From contig OX597819.1 in NCBI GenBank assembly GCA_951406725.2, positions 51,150,001 to 51,214,000 on the forward strand: a DNA stretch of 64,000 nucleotides, read 5' to 3'. Shown in pieces: positions 34,580-53,640 of this stretch. Made by a program: the position numbers and the translations under genes. The notes beneath the pieces are model-generated. The model did no database searches, had not been told where the DNA came from, and saw only the letters and a list, made by a program, of their open reading frames with translations. Each line of letters starts with the position of its first letter. The stretch's first letter is position 1. This DNA is from Octopus vulgaris (taxonomy: Eukaryota).

Positions 34580-34897
34580 AAGTGTCTTCTACTATAGCCA
34601 CGGGCCGACCAAAGCCTTGTGAGTGGATTTGATCGACGGAAACTGAAAGAAGTCCGCCGTAAATATGTATATATATGTATGTGTGTGCGTGTGTGCTTGT
34701 GTATCTGTGTTTGTCCCCACAACATCGCTTGACAACCGTTGCTGGTGTGTTTACGTCCCCGTAACGTATCGGTTCGGCAAAAGAGGCCAATAGAATAACT
34801 ATTAAGCTTACAAAGAATAAGCCCTGGGGTTGATTTGTTTGGCTAAAGGCGGTGCTCCAGTATGGCCACAGTCAAATGACTGAAACAAGTAAAAGCA
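34580..34897 (+). mobile_element. SINE-A, 5' truncated
   Basis: AAGTGTCTTCTACTATAGCC...GGCGGTGCTCCAGTATGGCCACAGTCAAATGACTGAAACAAGTAAAAG. Confidence 0.9.
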
Positions 34898-35061
34898 ATA
34901 GAAATGACGACAATATTATGAAGAAGAGAGCTGTAAACCTTGAAATATAAATTTGGTGACAGCAAAACAATGTTTCCATCATCTCATCAGTAATATCTAC
35001 TCAAGCGAAATGATACACAACTTGCTTCTATTGAGATATTGAGAGAATACTTTTATCAATG

Positions 35062-35364
35062 TTGTTTGTTCCTTCTCGAGACATGCCTGGCTCATAAGGG
35101 CCGTTTTCCCGGTTTCCTTGGCGTATAGATTTTCACCTGGACGAGACGCCGATCCGTCGCAGGTGGGCTGCTAGATGCAGGAGGAAAGAGTGAGAGAAAG
35201 TTGTGGCGAAAGAGTCAGCAGAAGTTCGCCATTACCTTCTGCCGGAACCGCGTCGAGCTTAGGTGTTTCGCTTATAAACACACACATCGCCCGGTCTGAG
35301 ATTCGAACCCCCTACTCTTCGGCCGCGAGTCCGCTGCTCTAACCACTAACCCATGTGCCACCAC
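35062..35364 (-). mobile_element. tRNA-derived SINE family C
   Basis: Colinear with 32495-32784. Confidence 0.88.
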
Positions 35365-37245
35365 TTGTATCTATGTTTAGGAGATATAAATATTTTTAAA
35401 GGCAGATTCGTTTGAGTGTTTAATAGAATATCGCTCAGTAGTTCTTTTACGATGTGAGTTCAAATCGTACTGAAGTTTACTTTGCCTATCCACACCAAAC
35501 CAAAGCAGTAGATTGGTGGAACTTTTAGAAGATCAGGCAAGATGCTTTGAGCCATCGATTCCGACTCATTGCATTCTCATAGCCATAAGTGCAACAACCC
35601 CGTTCGTGCCAAGTTGTACAGTCTCAAGATGACAGGCTTTCCTCTTGATAAATATCAATAACATGGAGAGCGGTGACTTCCCTGAATAGAAAATTGCTAA
35701 TTTTCCAACAAAAATCTCGCCCAGGCTTGCACATATGTGTAGACCCTTAGATAAACAGAATATTCCCACACAGCATTTGTAAATGCTTAAGCATTTTTGT
35801 CAATCTTGATCACTTATATACATCATTGTACATCATGTACATGTTTCTTATTTTATGAAAGAAAATTCTATATGTCTTTCTCAAACAATGAATAACCTCA
35901 AAATATTAAAGGTAATAATGACAATGTTTTTTTTTCAAATATTTTCATTGCCCTCCTATTGTGAATTTATAATTAGAATCAGTAATATCTATTTAATAAC
36001 TGAACACTATTGAATTTTCCAGTTCTTTCTCTTATCATCAATAGCAATCCGTTTTTAAACAAGCAAATAAGCAAGTATAGAACAGGTTTTAACAATTTCT
36101 CTTTTAATGGCTGAAATTTTCGCAGCAGCACAGTAAGACCTTTTTGTGGACAGTGTTTCGTTTATTTTCATGTTATTATTTCTGACACTCAATGTTTGTT
36201 TTAAATCTCGATGCTTCCTGAACTGAAAGTAGCTCATTTCTCAAACGTATACATAGCATTTGCTGTGTTGACAATGGCGGTATCGTCTGTTTTTCTTACG
36301 CAAAATATACCTCTGGCTAAAATTGTATCTTACAGACTTTCACTGACACCTGAAACGCCATCTATTGTTTTTCTTGGAAATTCGAAACACACACACACAC
36401 ACACACACACGTACACACACATACACACACAAAAATACAAATACGCATATATACGTATATTGACACGTACACACTCACGGACATCTATGTCACGCATACA
36501 CATACAGGCACATTATCACATACGTTCACATATACCCTGGCATTGTGATTACGAAAGTTTACAATAACATGGAATATCAGTAGATAAATATCACAGAGAA
36601 TGATATACGATATAAAATATGATACAGAAGCACATGTAGTTGAATAATATAACATGGAGAATCGAAATTCTTGAAATTCAGCGTTTCTTTAGAATCGGTA
36701 CGACTGTTTTAATACGTTTATTATACCCTTCCATATACGACAATGTTTTCTACTGTAAGTTATCTCATTATTATCATTCAGAAGCCAGCAAATGTTCGCT
36801 GGTGACTCTAATATCTCTAATATTGTTCAATGCGAGGCAGAAGTAGCTAATGTATAGCAAGCAGATTTATTCGGTAAAGAAAAGTCTCTGCATATCTAGG
36901 AAAACTGATGCGAAGATGAGGGAGTCTTATATAGGAAATAGAATTGGACTCACAAATGCTTCAGGACAAACGCAGATAGAAAGACAGAGCATCAAGTGAC
37001 GTTGATTATGAGTACCACAATTATATATATATATATGTTTATATATATAGATATACTTGTATATATGCTTGTAGTGATAAATTACATGGTTATTGACGTA
37101 GTGTCTATTTTCGGCATATTTTAGCATTAGAATTTTTTTCTTTTGCTCTTACTTATAAATTGCTTTTAAATTTAACCTTTAAAGGTATTTTTTTAATATG
37201 CTGGCCATTGATAGACTTTTTCGAAAAAATCTCTATCCTATATTA

Positions 37246-37281
<36 letters not shown>

Positions 37282-37737
37282 TACATATAATCGCTATGTG
37301 AACCTCTGTGTATCAGAGTATACCTTTGTGTATGTTTGCATGTGCGACTGTACATGTACCATGCAACCTACGCGAGGGCGTTTATATGTCCATATCCGTT
37401 AACGGTTATTGTTAATACTTTTTTCGCTGTATTGTATTCGTTTTTTTTGCATATGTTATTATTTTATCATTTTATATGAAGCTATATCTATATGAATCTA
37501 TATCCTTTAATTTGCTGCTTCTCTTTGCACGAACCGAGAAGACACTTTCCGGAACAGTCATTAATTTAAGGAGTTATATCTCATCGTCCTCCGAAGAGAT
37601 ACATCTACACCGACGGACACTTCTAAACCAGTTGATAGGTATCCAGCCCGTAAGGGAACGATGCTAGATGGGTCGAAACAATTGAAGTGATTAATAAAAT
37701 TTCTCGTAACTTTCATATTCCGTTTCTCTCATTAACC

Positions 37738-37776
<39 letters not shown>

Positions 37777-37799
37777 GGCATGGCTATAGGCAATGGGTA

Positions 37800-38144
37800 T
37801 GTATTCCTGTGTGATTAAGAAACTTGCTTTCCAACTACGTCGTTTCGGGTTAATTTTCACTGCTCGGCGCCTTCCGCAAGTGTCATCTACGAAAGCGCCG
37901 AGTCAACCAATGACTTGACAGTGATTTTGTTAGAGGGGAACCTGTATGGAAAACTCATCACATACATATGTGTGTGAGTACATGAGTATGTGTGTGCGTG
38001 TACGTGCGTGTGTGAGTGTGTGCCTGTGTATGGGTTGGCTTTGTTCCCATCAATGATTAACAAGTGGTATTGGTGTGTTTAAGGTTCCGTAGACTAGCGG
38101 TTCAGCAAAAGCGTCCAATAAAGCAAACGCCAGACTTAAAGATA
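37800..38144 (+). mobile_element. old SINE-A copy, interrupted by the Tc1 element (tail resumes at about 39097-39180)
   Basis: Diverged head and body. After the Tc1 the sequence continues GATTTGTTCGAC..AAGGCGATGCTCCAGCATGACTG. Confidence 0.7.
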
Positions 38145-39096
38145 TAGAGTGGTTGAACCAAATAATAGAAACATCTAGCATAATAGCATCGTAATTTTGA
38201 AATATCTATAAAACCGTCAAAAGCTTGTTTATTTTTAGTTTTTTCTTATCTATTATTAGTGTTGCTTAAGTTTTTCTAAAATTGCTGTTTCTTTTCAGAT
38301 ATCATCAGAAAAAGATAATTAGAATTCATTAAAATGACAGATCTATAGGACTTTCAAAGAGGTTAAATTGTTGGTGCTCGTTTAGCGGGCGCTGGTGTCA
38401 CGAAAGCAACCGAAATGTTTGGTGCATCAAGAAGTACTCTCTCGAAAGTAATGACAGCCTTTGAGAAAGAGGGAAAAACCTCGTCGAAACAAAACTCCGG
38501 AAGACAACCAAAACTTTCAGATAGTGACCGTCGGACTCTTACGCGAATTGTTAGAAAGTGTCACAAAAATACAGCTACCAAAATTACTGCAGAGCTTAAT
38601 GACGACCTCAAGAATGGTTTCCAACGGTTTCCATTTTTGGCAGAATTATTAGTGAAGACTATTTAAGCATTTTATCTGATCAAATTCATATTATAGTTGC
38701 AGAACTGTTTCTGAAGAGAAACGTAATTTTTCGGGATGATAATGCACCAATTCACACAGCTAAAATTGTTACTGAATGGCACGAGGAACATTCTAGTGAA
38801 GTTGAACATCTTATCTGGCCACCACAGTCCCCAGATCTCAATATTATTGAACATTTATGGTGCATTTTAGAAAACAAGTAAGGAGGTGATATCTTCCGCC
38901 ATCATCTCTACAAGAACTGGGAAGTGTTTTAGCTGAAGAATGGACAAAAATTCCTTTGGAAACAATTCAAACTTTGTACGAGTCCATACCTCGTAGAATT
39001 AAAGCTGTGATTACTGCAAAAGGCAGTCCTACCCCATGTTAAAATAAATTTGCTTGAAATTTTAAGGTGTTTCCATTATTTTGTCCAATGCTTGAA
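38145..39096 (+). mobile_element. Tc1-like DNA transposon, internally deleted and pseudogenised
   Basis: From ATG 38334: DFQRG*IVGARLAGAGVTKATEMFGASRSTLSKV...NSGRQPKLSDSDRRTLTRIVRK (paired/HTH region). Later DDNAPIH and WPPQSPDLNIIEHLW. Degenerate TIRs TTGAACCAAATAATAGAAACA / TGTTTCCATTATTTTGTCCAA. Confidence 0.92.
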
Positions 39097-39216
39097 TATG
39101 TACTGAGATAGATTTGTTCGACAAAACACTTCAAGGCGATGCTCCAGCATGACTGAAGTTCAATGATTGAAACAAGAATTAATGTCTTTAAGAATATCTG
39201 TAATGGATATATATAG

Positions 39217-39659
39217 TAGGCGCAGACGTAACTGTGTGGTAAGGAGTTTACTTCCGAACCACATGATTTCAGGTTCAGCCGCACTGCGTGGAACTTTGGG
39301 CAGGTGTCTCTTACAATCGTCCGTTGATGATCAAAGCCTTGTAATTGATTTTGCAGAGAGAAACTGTATAGAAGCCGTCGTATTTATATGTGTGTGTCCC
39401 TTTCTCTTGCATTTGTGCTCCAGTACTGAACTCGACTTGTTCAACTAAACCCTTCAAGCCCCAGTATGACCGCAGTCCGATGACTTTAGTAGAAGATAAA
39501 AGATGAAAGATGTGGCTGTGTGGTAAAAAGCTTGCTTCCCAACCACATGGTTCCTGTTTCAGTCCCACTGCGTCGCACCTTCTGCAAGTGCCTTGTTCTA
39601 TAACCTCAGAGCTACCAAACCCGTGTGAGTTGATTTGGTAGACAGAAACTGAAAAAAAT

Positions 39660-39660
<1 letters not shown>
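39217..39660 (+). mobile_element. two tandem diverged SINE-A pieces
   Basis: Heads at about 39219 (GGCGCAGACGTAACTGTGTGGTAAGGAG) and about 39512 (GTGGCTGTGTGGTAAAAAGCTTGCTTCCCAACCACATGG). Confidence 0.8.
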
Positions 39661-39700
<40 letters not shown>

Positions 39701-39721
39701 CCTATATATATTGGATTTATA

Positions 39722-40261
<540 letters not shown>

Positions 40262-40264
40262 CCT

Positions 40265-40295
<31 letters not shown>

Positions 40296-40349
40296 AATCC
40301 TATACATACATACATATATATATATATATATTACGTATATATTTATGCG

Positions 40350-40568
40350 TGTACGTCTGTATGCCTGTTTGTCTCCCCCACCTCCATCGCTTGACAACTG
40401 ATATTGGTGTGTTTAAATTCCCGTAACTTAACGATTCAGCAAAAGAGACCGATAGAATAAGTACCAGGCTTACAAAAAATAAGTCCTGGGCTCGATTTCT
40501 TCGACTAAAAGGTGGCACTCCAGCATGGCCGCAGTTAAATGACTGAAACGAGTAAAAGCATAAAAGAA
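40350..40568 (+). mobile_element. SINE-A 3' half
   Basis: CATCGCTTGACAAC...CTCCAGCATGGCCGCAGTTAAATGACTGAAAC. Confidence 0.88.
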
Positions 40569-40641
40569 TATCTATATATATAATCAATGAAATTCTATCT
40601 TAGTCTGACTTTTACGTTTTATCATCTGTAATTTTACAATA

Positions 40642-40990
40642 TTCTTTTTTTTACTCCAGGCACAAGGCAAGGGGGCCAGTCGATTAGATCGACTTCCAGT
40701 ATGCAACTGGTACTTAATTTATCGGCCTCGAAAGGAGGACAGGCAAAATCGACCTTCGCGGAATTTGAATTCAGAACGTAAAGACAGACGTAATACCGCT
40801 AAGTATTTCGCCCGGCATGTTAACGTTTCTTATTTCTTTACTGCTCGCAAGGGGCCAAACATAGAGGGGACAAACAAGGACAGACAAAGGGATTAAATCG
40901 ATTACATCGACTCCAGTGCGTAACGGCTGACGAAATGCCGCTAAGCATTTCACCCGGCGCGCTAATGTTTCTGCTAGCTCGCCGCCTTAC
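40642..40990 (-). mobile_element. nested SINE family B copies with a candidate 12 bp TSD
   Basis: Two partial B copies. AATTTTACAATA occurs at 40630-40641 and at 40991-41002. Confidence 0.8.
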
Positions 40991-41029
40991 AATTTTACAA
41001 TAATCATGTTGACAATTGTGGAACATTAC

Positions 41030-41071
41030 ATAAACCTGATGATTGAGTAATATATGAAAGCACTAGTTTAT
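41030..41071 (+). ncRNA. degenerate minimal hammerhead motif
   Basis: ATAAAC-CTGATGA-ttgagtaatatat-GAAA-GCAC-TA-GTTTAT. Perfect 6 bp stem I and intact core; stem II is decayed. Confidence 0.55.
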
Positions 41072-41454
41072 TGCAATATTGTAAAATTGTAAAAATTGCA
41101 AATAATAAAACGTGAAGTTGGAATTTAATTGATCATTATATTCCCCTATAGACAATCATACAAACTTGGAAGTGTGTGTCTGTGTATGTGTGTGTGTGTG
41201 TGTGCGTGTTTGTGTGTCTGTTTGCTTATCTGTCTGTCTTTGTATCTGTGTTTGTCCTCCACCACACTGTTTAAATAAAGTGATAAATTAAATAACTCAG
41301 TACGGTAGAGTATTTCTTTTTTTAAATACTTTTTAACACTATGGCCTCTAAAATGTCCGAGTTTGTATTTTCCGCTTTTTCAGCGGGTAATCAGATCCTA
41401 TTTCATCTTAAATAATCAGATATTCGAATTTTATTTCAGAAGGTTATGTCTTTA

Positions 41455-41720
41455 ATCTTTTACTTTTTGGATAACGGCACCACCTTGATGTTTTTTAGTC
41501 GTCGCACCAATCGAATCCATTAATATATTTTTTACACATCTTTTACCAAACCGGTAAAGTAAGGAAATTTAAACAAATAATACCGGCTGTCAAGCGGTGA
41601 GGTTGACCATCACAGACACATACGCACATATTTATTTATATACGATGGGCTTCTACACAGTTTCCGTTTAGACTCTTAGTCTGCTCGAGGCTATAGCAGA
41701 ACACACTTTCCCTAGTTACC
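41455..41720 (-). mobile_element. old SINE-A fragment
   Basis: GGCACCACCTTG, CCGGCTGTCAAGCGGTG, GATGGGCTTCT..CAGTTTCCGT, GAGGCTATAGCAGAACACACTT. Confidence 0.7.
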
Positions 41721-43396
41721 GCGGATGAAGGTATTCGCGAAACGGTCGTCCCAGTTTTTTTTCTAAAAATCTTGCAATCTACATTTCCAAACCAATTGTT
41801 TTAAGATCGCGTTTTCCACCTTCTTCGTGGTTCTTGTGGGAATAAGGAATAGTCTAAACTTTATGCTGCTTCTTTATTCTTCGTTTCATGAAGAAATCAA
41901 ATTTCATATAACCTACTCCCCCCTCCCTTCCCCTCCCTCCTCCTCTCTCACGTTGTTCCCGCAGTGGTTGGAGTCTCAGAAGCAGTTGTTCTCACTGATG
42001 AATTAGACATTGCCACACAATGGAATGTGGAAGATGAGACTGAGACAAAAGCCTGCTTAATCCTACCGCACGTAGAGAGGACGTAACCTGTATTCTTCAC
42101 TGTATTCTTGGAATCTGTATGACTTCATGGAATTACTACATCATGTATGATGTATTTTCTTGAGGGCGAATATTAGATTTTGATGATTAACACATCGAAG
42201 ACACTAACAGCGTAGAAGATCTTCGCTAGGTTGACACATCAGGAGAATAGATAAGAATTCTATTACTAAAGCACTCTGGTAGAAAATGCCATAACGCATG
42301 TTTCACAATTTCTCAAGAAAATACATTGGTAAAAGGTCCTCCCGGAAGTGGTATGTGTGGTGTTTTGTGGGAATCCTGCAAATACCATGCTAGAAATGGA
42401 GGGTAAGGACGTACAACAGTGTTTATCGAACACATGATAAGTTTCTTTCCTTTAGTACATTTTGTATGATGGAAATATCTTTGAACCTCTGAGTGAACTC
42501 ATGTTGTTGTAGTGGCATAGGTAGAAATGGCCAGTGTTGCTTATCGATCAGAGATGAATAATTTTTCCTGTAGCCACAAGCAAGGTCGAGGAAACATTCA
42601 ACTGGCGGTTAATGGATACTCGGAGAACATTCCTTGTGGATTTATGGCTCAGGGTTGGGGATAATTTAAAATACAATCGAAATGGTTAGCCTTCCGTTTA
42701 CACTATAGTTTTCTAAATAATGAAGTGAGTTGTATGGTTGTACCTGTCCTGTTCTCTACACACTGCTATAATAGCAGTGACTGGGAGGGGAGAAAGAGAG
42801 AGTGAGAGTGAAGGAGAGAGAGGGGAAGAGAGGGAGAGAGAGTGTATGCGTTTTATTTATAATTGGAAAATTCTTCTCGGGGGCTGAAAGAATGACATAC
42901 AAAAATTTGAGTCAAGTGCAAATAAAACAGACCTGATCTAGTTGTTTAGGAAAAAGGAAAAGAATTTAGTACATTTATAGATATCAGAAACACCGTTCAA
43001 TGGCATCATTTAAATCAAAATTAATGAAAAAGACTACATATTTATTCAACTACTTTTCTAGGGACAGCTTTTCTACGCGAATATTTATTTTCATACATAT
43101 TCATAATTAGTGGTAATCTTAGTTATGTTATTAAATATCTAAGAAAAAACGATCGTAAAGCTATAGTAGTTTTTCTGTGAAGAACATGCGTAACTAACAT
43201 GTAAATTGGAAATACAATTTATGAGCAAAAGAGTAAAAATATGCAAAGATATTCTAAAATTCAACTTATAATATATATTGTCGTCGTTATCTACATTTTG
43301 TAGATAGATACTCGTTCAATGTTATATATTCAGTGTCCTTTATTATAAAAAGTATTCAAAAAATACTAAGTGGAAGTTCACGTATACATGCTCAAA

Positions 43397-43480
<84 letters not shown>

Positions 43481-43485
43481 GATCG

Positions 43486-43556
<71 letters not shown>

Positions 43557-43713
43557 CATCTATCTATCTATTTATCTATCTATCTGTCTATCTATCAATC
43601 TGTGTGTCTGACTGTCTGTCTATCTGTCTACATCAAAATATAATTATACAGACGCACATATCTTCATATATATATATACACACACATATAAATATATATA
43701 TACATATATATAC

Positions 43714-43759
<46 letters not shown>

Positions 43760-43968
43760 GGCGTCGAGCTGGCAGACACGTTAGCGCGCCGGGCGAAATG
43801 CTTAGCGGTATTTCATCTGCCGTTAGGTTGTGAGTTCAAATACCGCCGAGGTCGACTTTGCCTTCCATCTTTTCGGGGTCGATAAATAATGTACGAATTT
43901 TACACTGGGGTCTATGTAATCGACTTAATCTGTTTGTCCTTGTTTAGCCCATTGTGGGCAATAAACTA
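43760..43968 (+). mobile_element. tRNA-derived SINE family B
   Basis: GGCGTCGAGCTGGCAGACACGTTAG head, GAGTTCAAATACC B box, GCCTTCCATCTTTTCGGGGTCGATAAA central block. Confidence 0.9.
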
Positions 43969-43995
43969 ATTTCTATATATATGTGTGTGTATGTA

Positions 43996-44076
<81 letters not shown>

Positions 44077-44198
44077 GTGTCTGTCTGTCTGTCTATCTAT
44101 CTATCTCTTCCCTTTTTTATCCTTCTCTTCCCCAAAAGAAAAGCTCTACTTTGTATTTTGTCTCCTCTGTGTGCAACCCTGTGTGGCCAATAAAGAAA

Positions 44199-44382
<184 letters not shown>

Positions 44383-44576
44383 ATAGATAAATAGATAGGT
44401 AGTTCGGTAGGTAGGTAGGTAGTTTAAAAAATAACCACATAGACAGACAAATGCATAGACTGATACATAGAGCGACAGGCAAGCACAAATCTATACATCT
44501 ATACAAGGAAGGAGAGATTCTTTTTTACCGCACCACGAGGCTTCTTATTACCTAACCGCAGCAGTAATTTATGACA

Positions 44577-50055
<5,479 letters not shown>

Positions 50056-50057
50056 CT

Positions 50058-50467
50058 CTCTTTTACTCTCTTTTACTTGTTTCAGTTATTTGACTGCAGC
50101 CATGCAGGAGCACCGCCTTTAGTCGGGCAAATCGACCCCAGGATTTATTCTTTGTAAGCCTAGTACTTATTGTATCGGTTTCTTTTGCCATACCGCTAAG
50201 TTACGGGTCGTAAACACCCCACCATCGATTGTCAAGCGATGTTTGGGCAGACAAACACAGACACACAAACATATACAACACATACATATATCTATACATA
50301 TATAGGACGGGCTTCTTTCAGTTTCCGTCTATCAAATCCACTCACAAGCTTTGGTTGGCCCGAGGCTATAGTAGAAGACATGTGCCTAAGGTTCCACGCA
50401 GTGGGACTGAACCCGGAATTATGTGGTTGGTAAGCAAGCTGCTTACCACACAGCCTCTCCTGCACCT
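50058..50467 (-). mobile_element. full-length SINE-A
   Basis: (CTCTTTTA)2 tail to GGTAAGCAAGCTGCTTACCACACAGCC head (reverse complement). Confidence 0.92.
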
Positions 50468-51182
50468 ATACATACATATACATGTAAACACACACACACA
50501 CGTATATATTACCATTTACATGCTTGCTTTAGTCATTAGGCTGCGGCCAATCGCTTGCGGTATTATAAGTTTTCTAAAACTTGGTACTTACTCTCACGCT
50601 CTCTTTGTTGAACCGCTAAGTAACGAGACGTAAGTAAACGCCAGGTGTGAAACGGTTCTGTGATACAAACACAAATATGCACACACACATACAAACATAC
50701 ATGCATGCATACATACATACATACATACATACATACATACATACATGCATACATACATACATACATACATACATGCATACATGCATACATACATGCATGC
50801 ATACCTAAATACATACATACGTACGTACGTACATACATACATACATACATACATACATACATACATACATACATACATACATACATACATACATACATAC
50901 ATGTAATACTTGAAGGAGAATCTGGGATATTCAGAAAGAGAAATTGACCTGCTGAATCGTACATTACAAGTACAATTTGTGAGTAGAACGGTAGAAATAT
51001 GCAAAACTTTTCTCAAGTTCCAAATGTGAATTTAGCTCTGTAAATTAGGAAGCTTTGCCACCACATAGTTTCGAGATCATTCCTCCTGGCCGTCACCTTC
51101 GGCGCGTCTATCATACATCTGCGCCGACCAATGCGTTCTGAGTGAATTTGGTAAATGGAAAAATGTGTGGAAGCGTGTCGTA

Positions 51183-51242
<60 letters not shown>

Positions 51243-51373
51243 AGCATGAATGTCTGTGAGTGGTTGTTTGTGTATTTGTGTTGTATTTTCTCCTGTGTTA
51301 ACCCTCCTACGGTTTCCCGACTGGTGTTCGTTTCTTTACATCTTTGTAATATAGCAGATCGCCATAAGAGACC

Positions 51374-51603
51374 TATTTCTTTATTACCCACAAGGGGCTA
51401 AACACAGAGGGCACAAACAAGGACAGACATAGGTATTAAGTCGATTACATCGACCCCAGTGCGTAACTGGTACTTAATTTATCGACCCCGAAAGGATGAA
51501 AGGCAAAGTCGACCTCGGCGGAATTTGAACTCACAACGTAACGCAGACGAAATACCGCTAAGCATTTCATCCGGCGTGCTAATGTTTCTGCCAGCTCGCC
51601 GCC
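51374..51603 (-). mobile_element. full-length SINE-B inserted in an old SINE-A (about 51095-51730)
   Basis: Complete B consensus. TSD ATAAGAGACC at 51364-51373 and 51604-51613. Confidence 0.9.
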
Positions 51604-51954
51604 ATAAGAGACCGATTACATAAGTTCCAGACCGAGAAAAATCATTAATGCTGAGATTACTTCGATCATAAACCTTCAATATGGAATCCCATTCCGGCCG
51701 TAGTTCAATGGCTGAAGAAAAAAATAAATAAAAGACAAGAGATACACGAACACACCAACACATGCACATGTTTATGCAAGCATACGTTTGCGTGTGAGTA
51801 TGTGGGTGTGTGTTTGTGTGCGTTAGTGCGCTCGTTTTCGTGTGTTTGTGTGTGTATGTGTGCATGTGTGATATAAAGAAAGAATGAAAAGGTAAGATAT
51901 ATGCTATCTCTTTAGAGCATGGAAGTTTTAATTCAAACATCATTGTAAAGTTGT

Positions 51955-52145
51955 TACAATGGAGTTACTGTGGACACTAAATCATGGTACCACAGTGGCT
52001 GGAAGACCACGGAAGACGTATATACAACAGCTTGCATATAATCTTAGATGCCAAGTTGAAGACCTAAACATACTATGGAAGATCGGTAGGGATGGAGAGA
52101 GGTAGTCAGACTGGCCCGGCCAATCAACCTGACCGAATGATGCCT
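51955..52145 (+). mobile_element. extreme 3' end of an RTE-like LINE
   Basis: Translates LLWTLNHGTTVAGRPRKTYIQQLA...MEDR*GWREVV, which resembles RTE C-termini. Confidence 0.65.
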
Positions 52146-52289
52146 CGATATAAAACGAAAATAAATAGAGAGTGAGAAGTTGTACATAAAATTTTTTACA
52201 GCTGTTTCTAGAATATTTGTGTTTGTCACGGTGAAAAAGATTTCCATATTAGACCGTCTTCAGAGTGGAAGAATTAAGGCATGTTCATT

Positions 52290-52500
52290 TTGGTCTCAAA
52301 TTCGACACAGGGCCAGTAATTTCAAGGGGAGTGGTAGGTCGATTATATTGACCGTAGTGCTAAATTAGTACTTATATTATCGACCCCGAACGGATGAAAG
52401 ACAAAGACGACCTCGGAGGAAATTTGAATTCAGAACGAAAGCCAGAAGTAATACCACAAAACATTTTAACCAGTGCAGTAGCGATTCAACCAGCTTGAGT
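52290..52500 (-). mobile_element. diverged SINE-B-related copy
   Basis: TATCGACCCCGAACGGATGAAAGACAAAGACGACCTCGGAGGAAATTTGAATTCAGAACG. Confidence 0.8.
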
Positions 52501-52720
52501 CAGACGTCTAGGCAACTGATTGTTTCCCTGTGGAACAGACGTCTCCCGCAAGTCTGAGGGTGTTCTGAATATATCTCCATACATACATTTAAACATATGT
52601 GCATACATAAATGCACATGCATGCATAAATGCATACAGACAGATATGCATACAATCAGAGAATCATTCATATATGTGTATGTGGATATGTGTGTATGCTA
52701 TATATATATATATATATATA

Positions 52721-53087
52721 CTAGCAGTATCGCCCGGCGTTGCTCAGGTTTGTAAGGGAAATAACTATAAAGCATTTTTAGAGAGTTATAGCCAAAAAAT
52801 AGCAAAAAAATGGAAAAAAAATGATGGTAAATTTTTTTGAGAGTTAAAAAAGGTGGAGTTGCGTCCCCTAGACGGTCTGTGGTTTGGGTTTCTGATTCTC
52901 GACCCCATGTCGAATTTATCGATTTTTTTCAGAACTGGGGGAACTTTTCAAAATTTTCGCTGCGTTAGTTTTGAATTATGACATTGGGCTATGTGTGTGT
53001 CAAGTTTCATCAGAATCGGTTGAAAGCCGTGGTCAGAGTGAGGGTACGAGAAAACAGACACACAGAAAACACACAGACAAACTGCCG

Positions 53088-53090
<3 letters not shown>
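52721..53090 (-). mobile_element. non-autonomous Helitron-like element (Lep1-like layout)
   Basis: Terminal CTAG next to a GC hairpin (CCCGGCGTTGCTCAGG), internal CAAGTTTCATCAGAATCGGTTG block, ACAG-type microsatellite near the other end, inserted in (TA)n. Confidence 0.7.
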
Positions 53091-53124
<34 letters not shown>

Positions 53125-53129
<5 letters not shown>

Positions 53130-53292
53130 GACGGGCTTCTTTCAGTTTCCATCAATCATATCCACTGACAAGCATTTGGTCGACCCGAGGCTATAGTATA
53201 AGACACTTGCCCAAGTTGCCAAGTAGTGGGACTGAAGTCGAAACCATGTGATTGGAGCGCAAGCTTTTTACAACACAGTCATTCCTGCGTAT
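53125..53292 (-). mobile_element. SINE-A 5' half
   Basis: CGACGGGCTTCTTTCAGTTTCC...GACACTTGCCCAAG...AACCATGTGATTGG. Confidence 0.85.
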
Positions 53293-53299
53293 ACTATAT

Positions 53300-53366
<67 letters not shown>

Positions 53367-53401
53367 AGAGAAAAGAGAGAGATACTCATACACACACATA
53401 C

Positions 53402-53456
<55 letters not shown>

Positions 53457-53572
53457 ATCTATGTATACATCGATGATATATAAATGTAAATATATGTAAT
53501 ATGTAGATAGATAGAAAGATAGAGAGACAGACAAATAGATAGACAGATAGACAAGTAGACAGACAGATAGAC

Positions 53573-53640
<68 letters not shown>

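Noticed and set aside
34960-35000. Minus-strand CTGATGA-gatgatg-GAAACATTG
   Set aside because: No stem II or stem I can form; may be chance.
41715-41755. CGGATGAAGGTATTCGCGAAACGGTCG, hammerhead-like
   Set aside because: Core and stems are too degenerate to support a call.
41760-42780. About 1 kb complex sequence, possibly an old retroelement
   Set aside because: No ORF or motif I could recognise; left unassigned.
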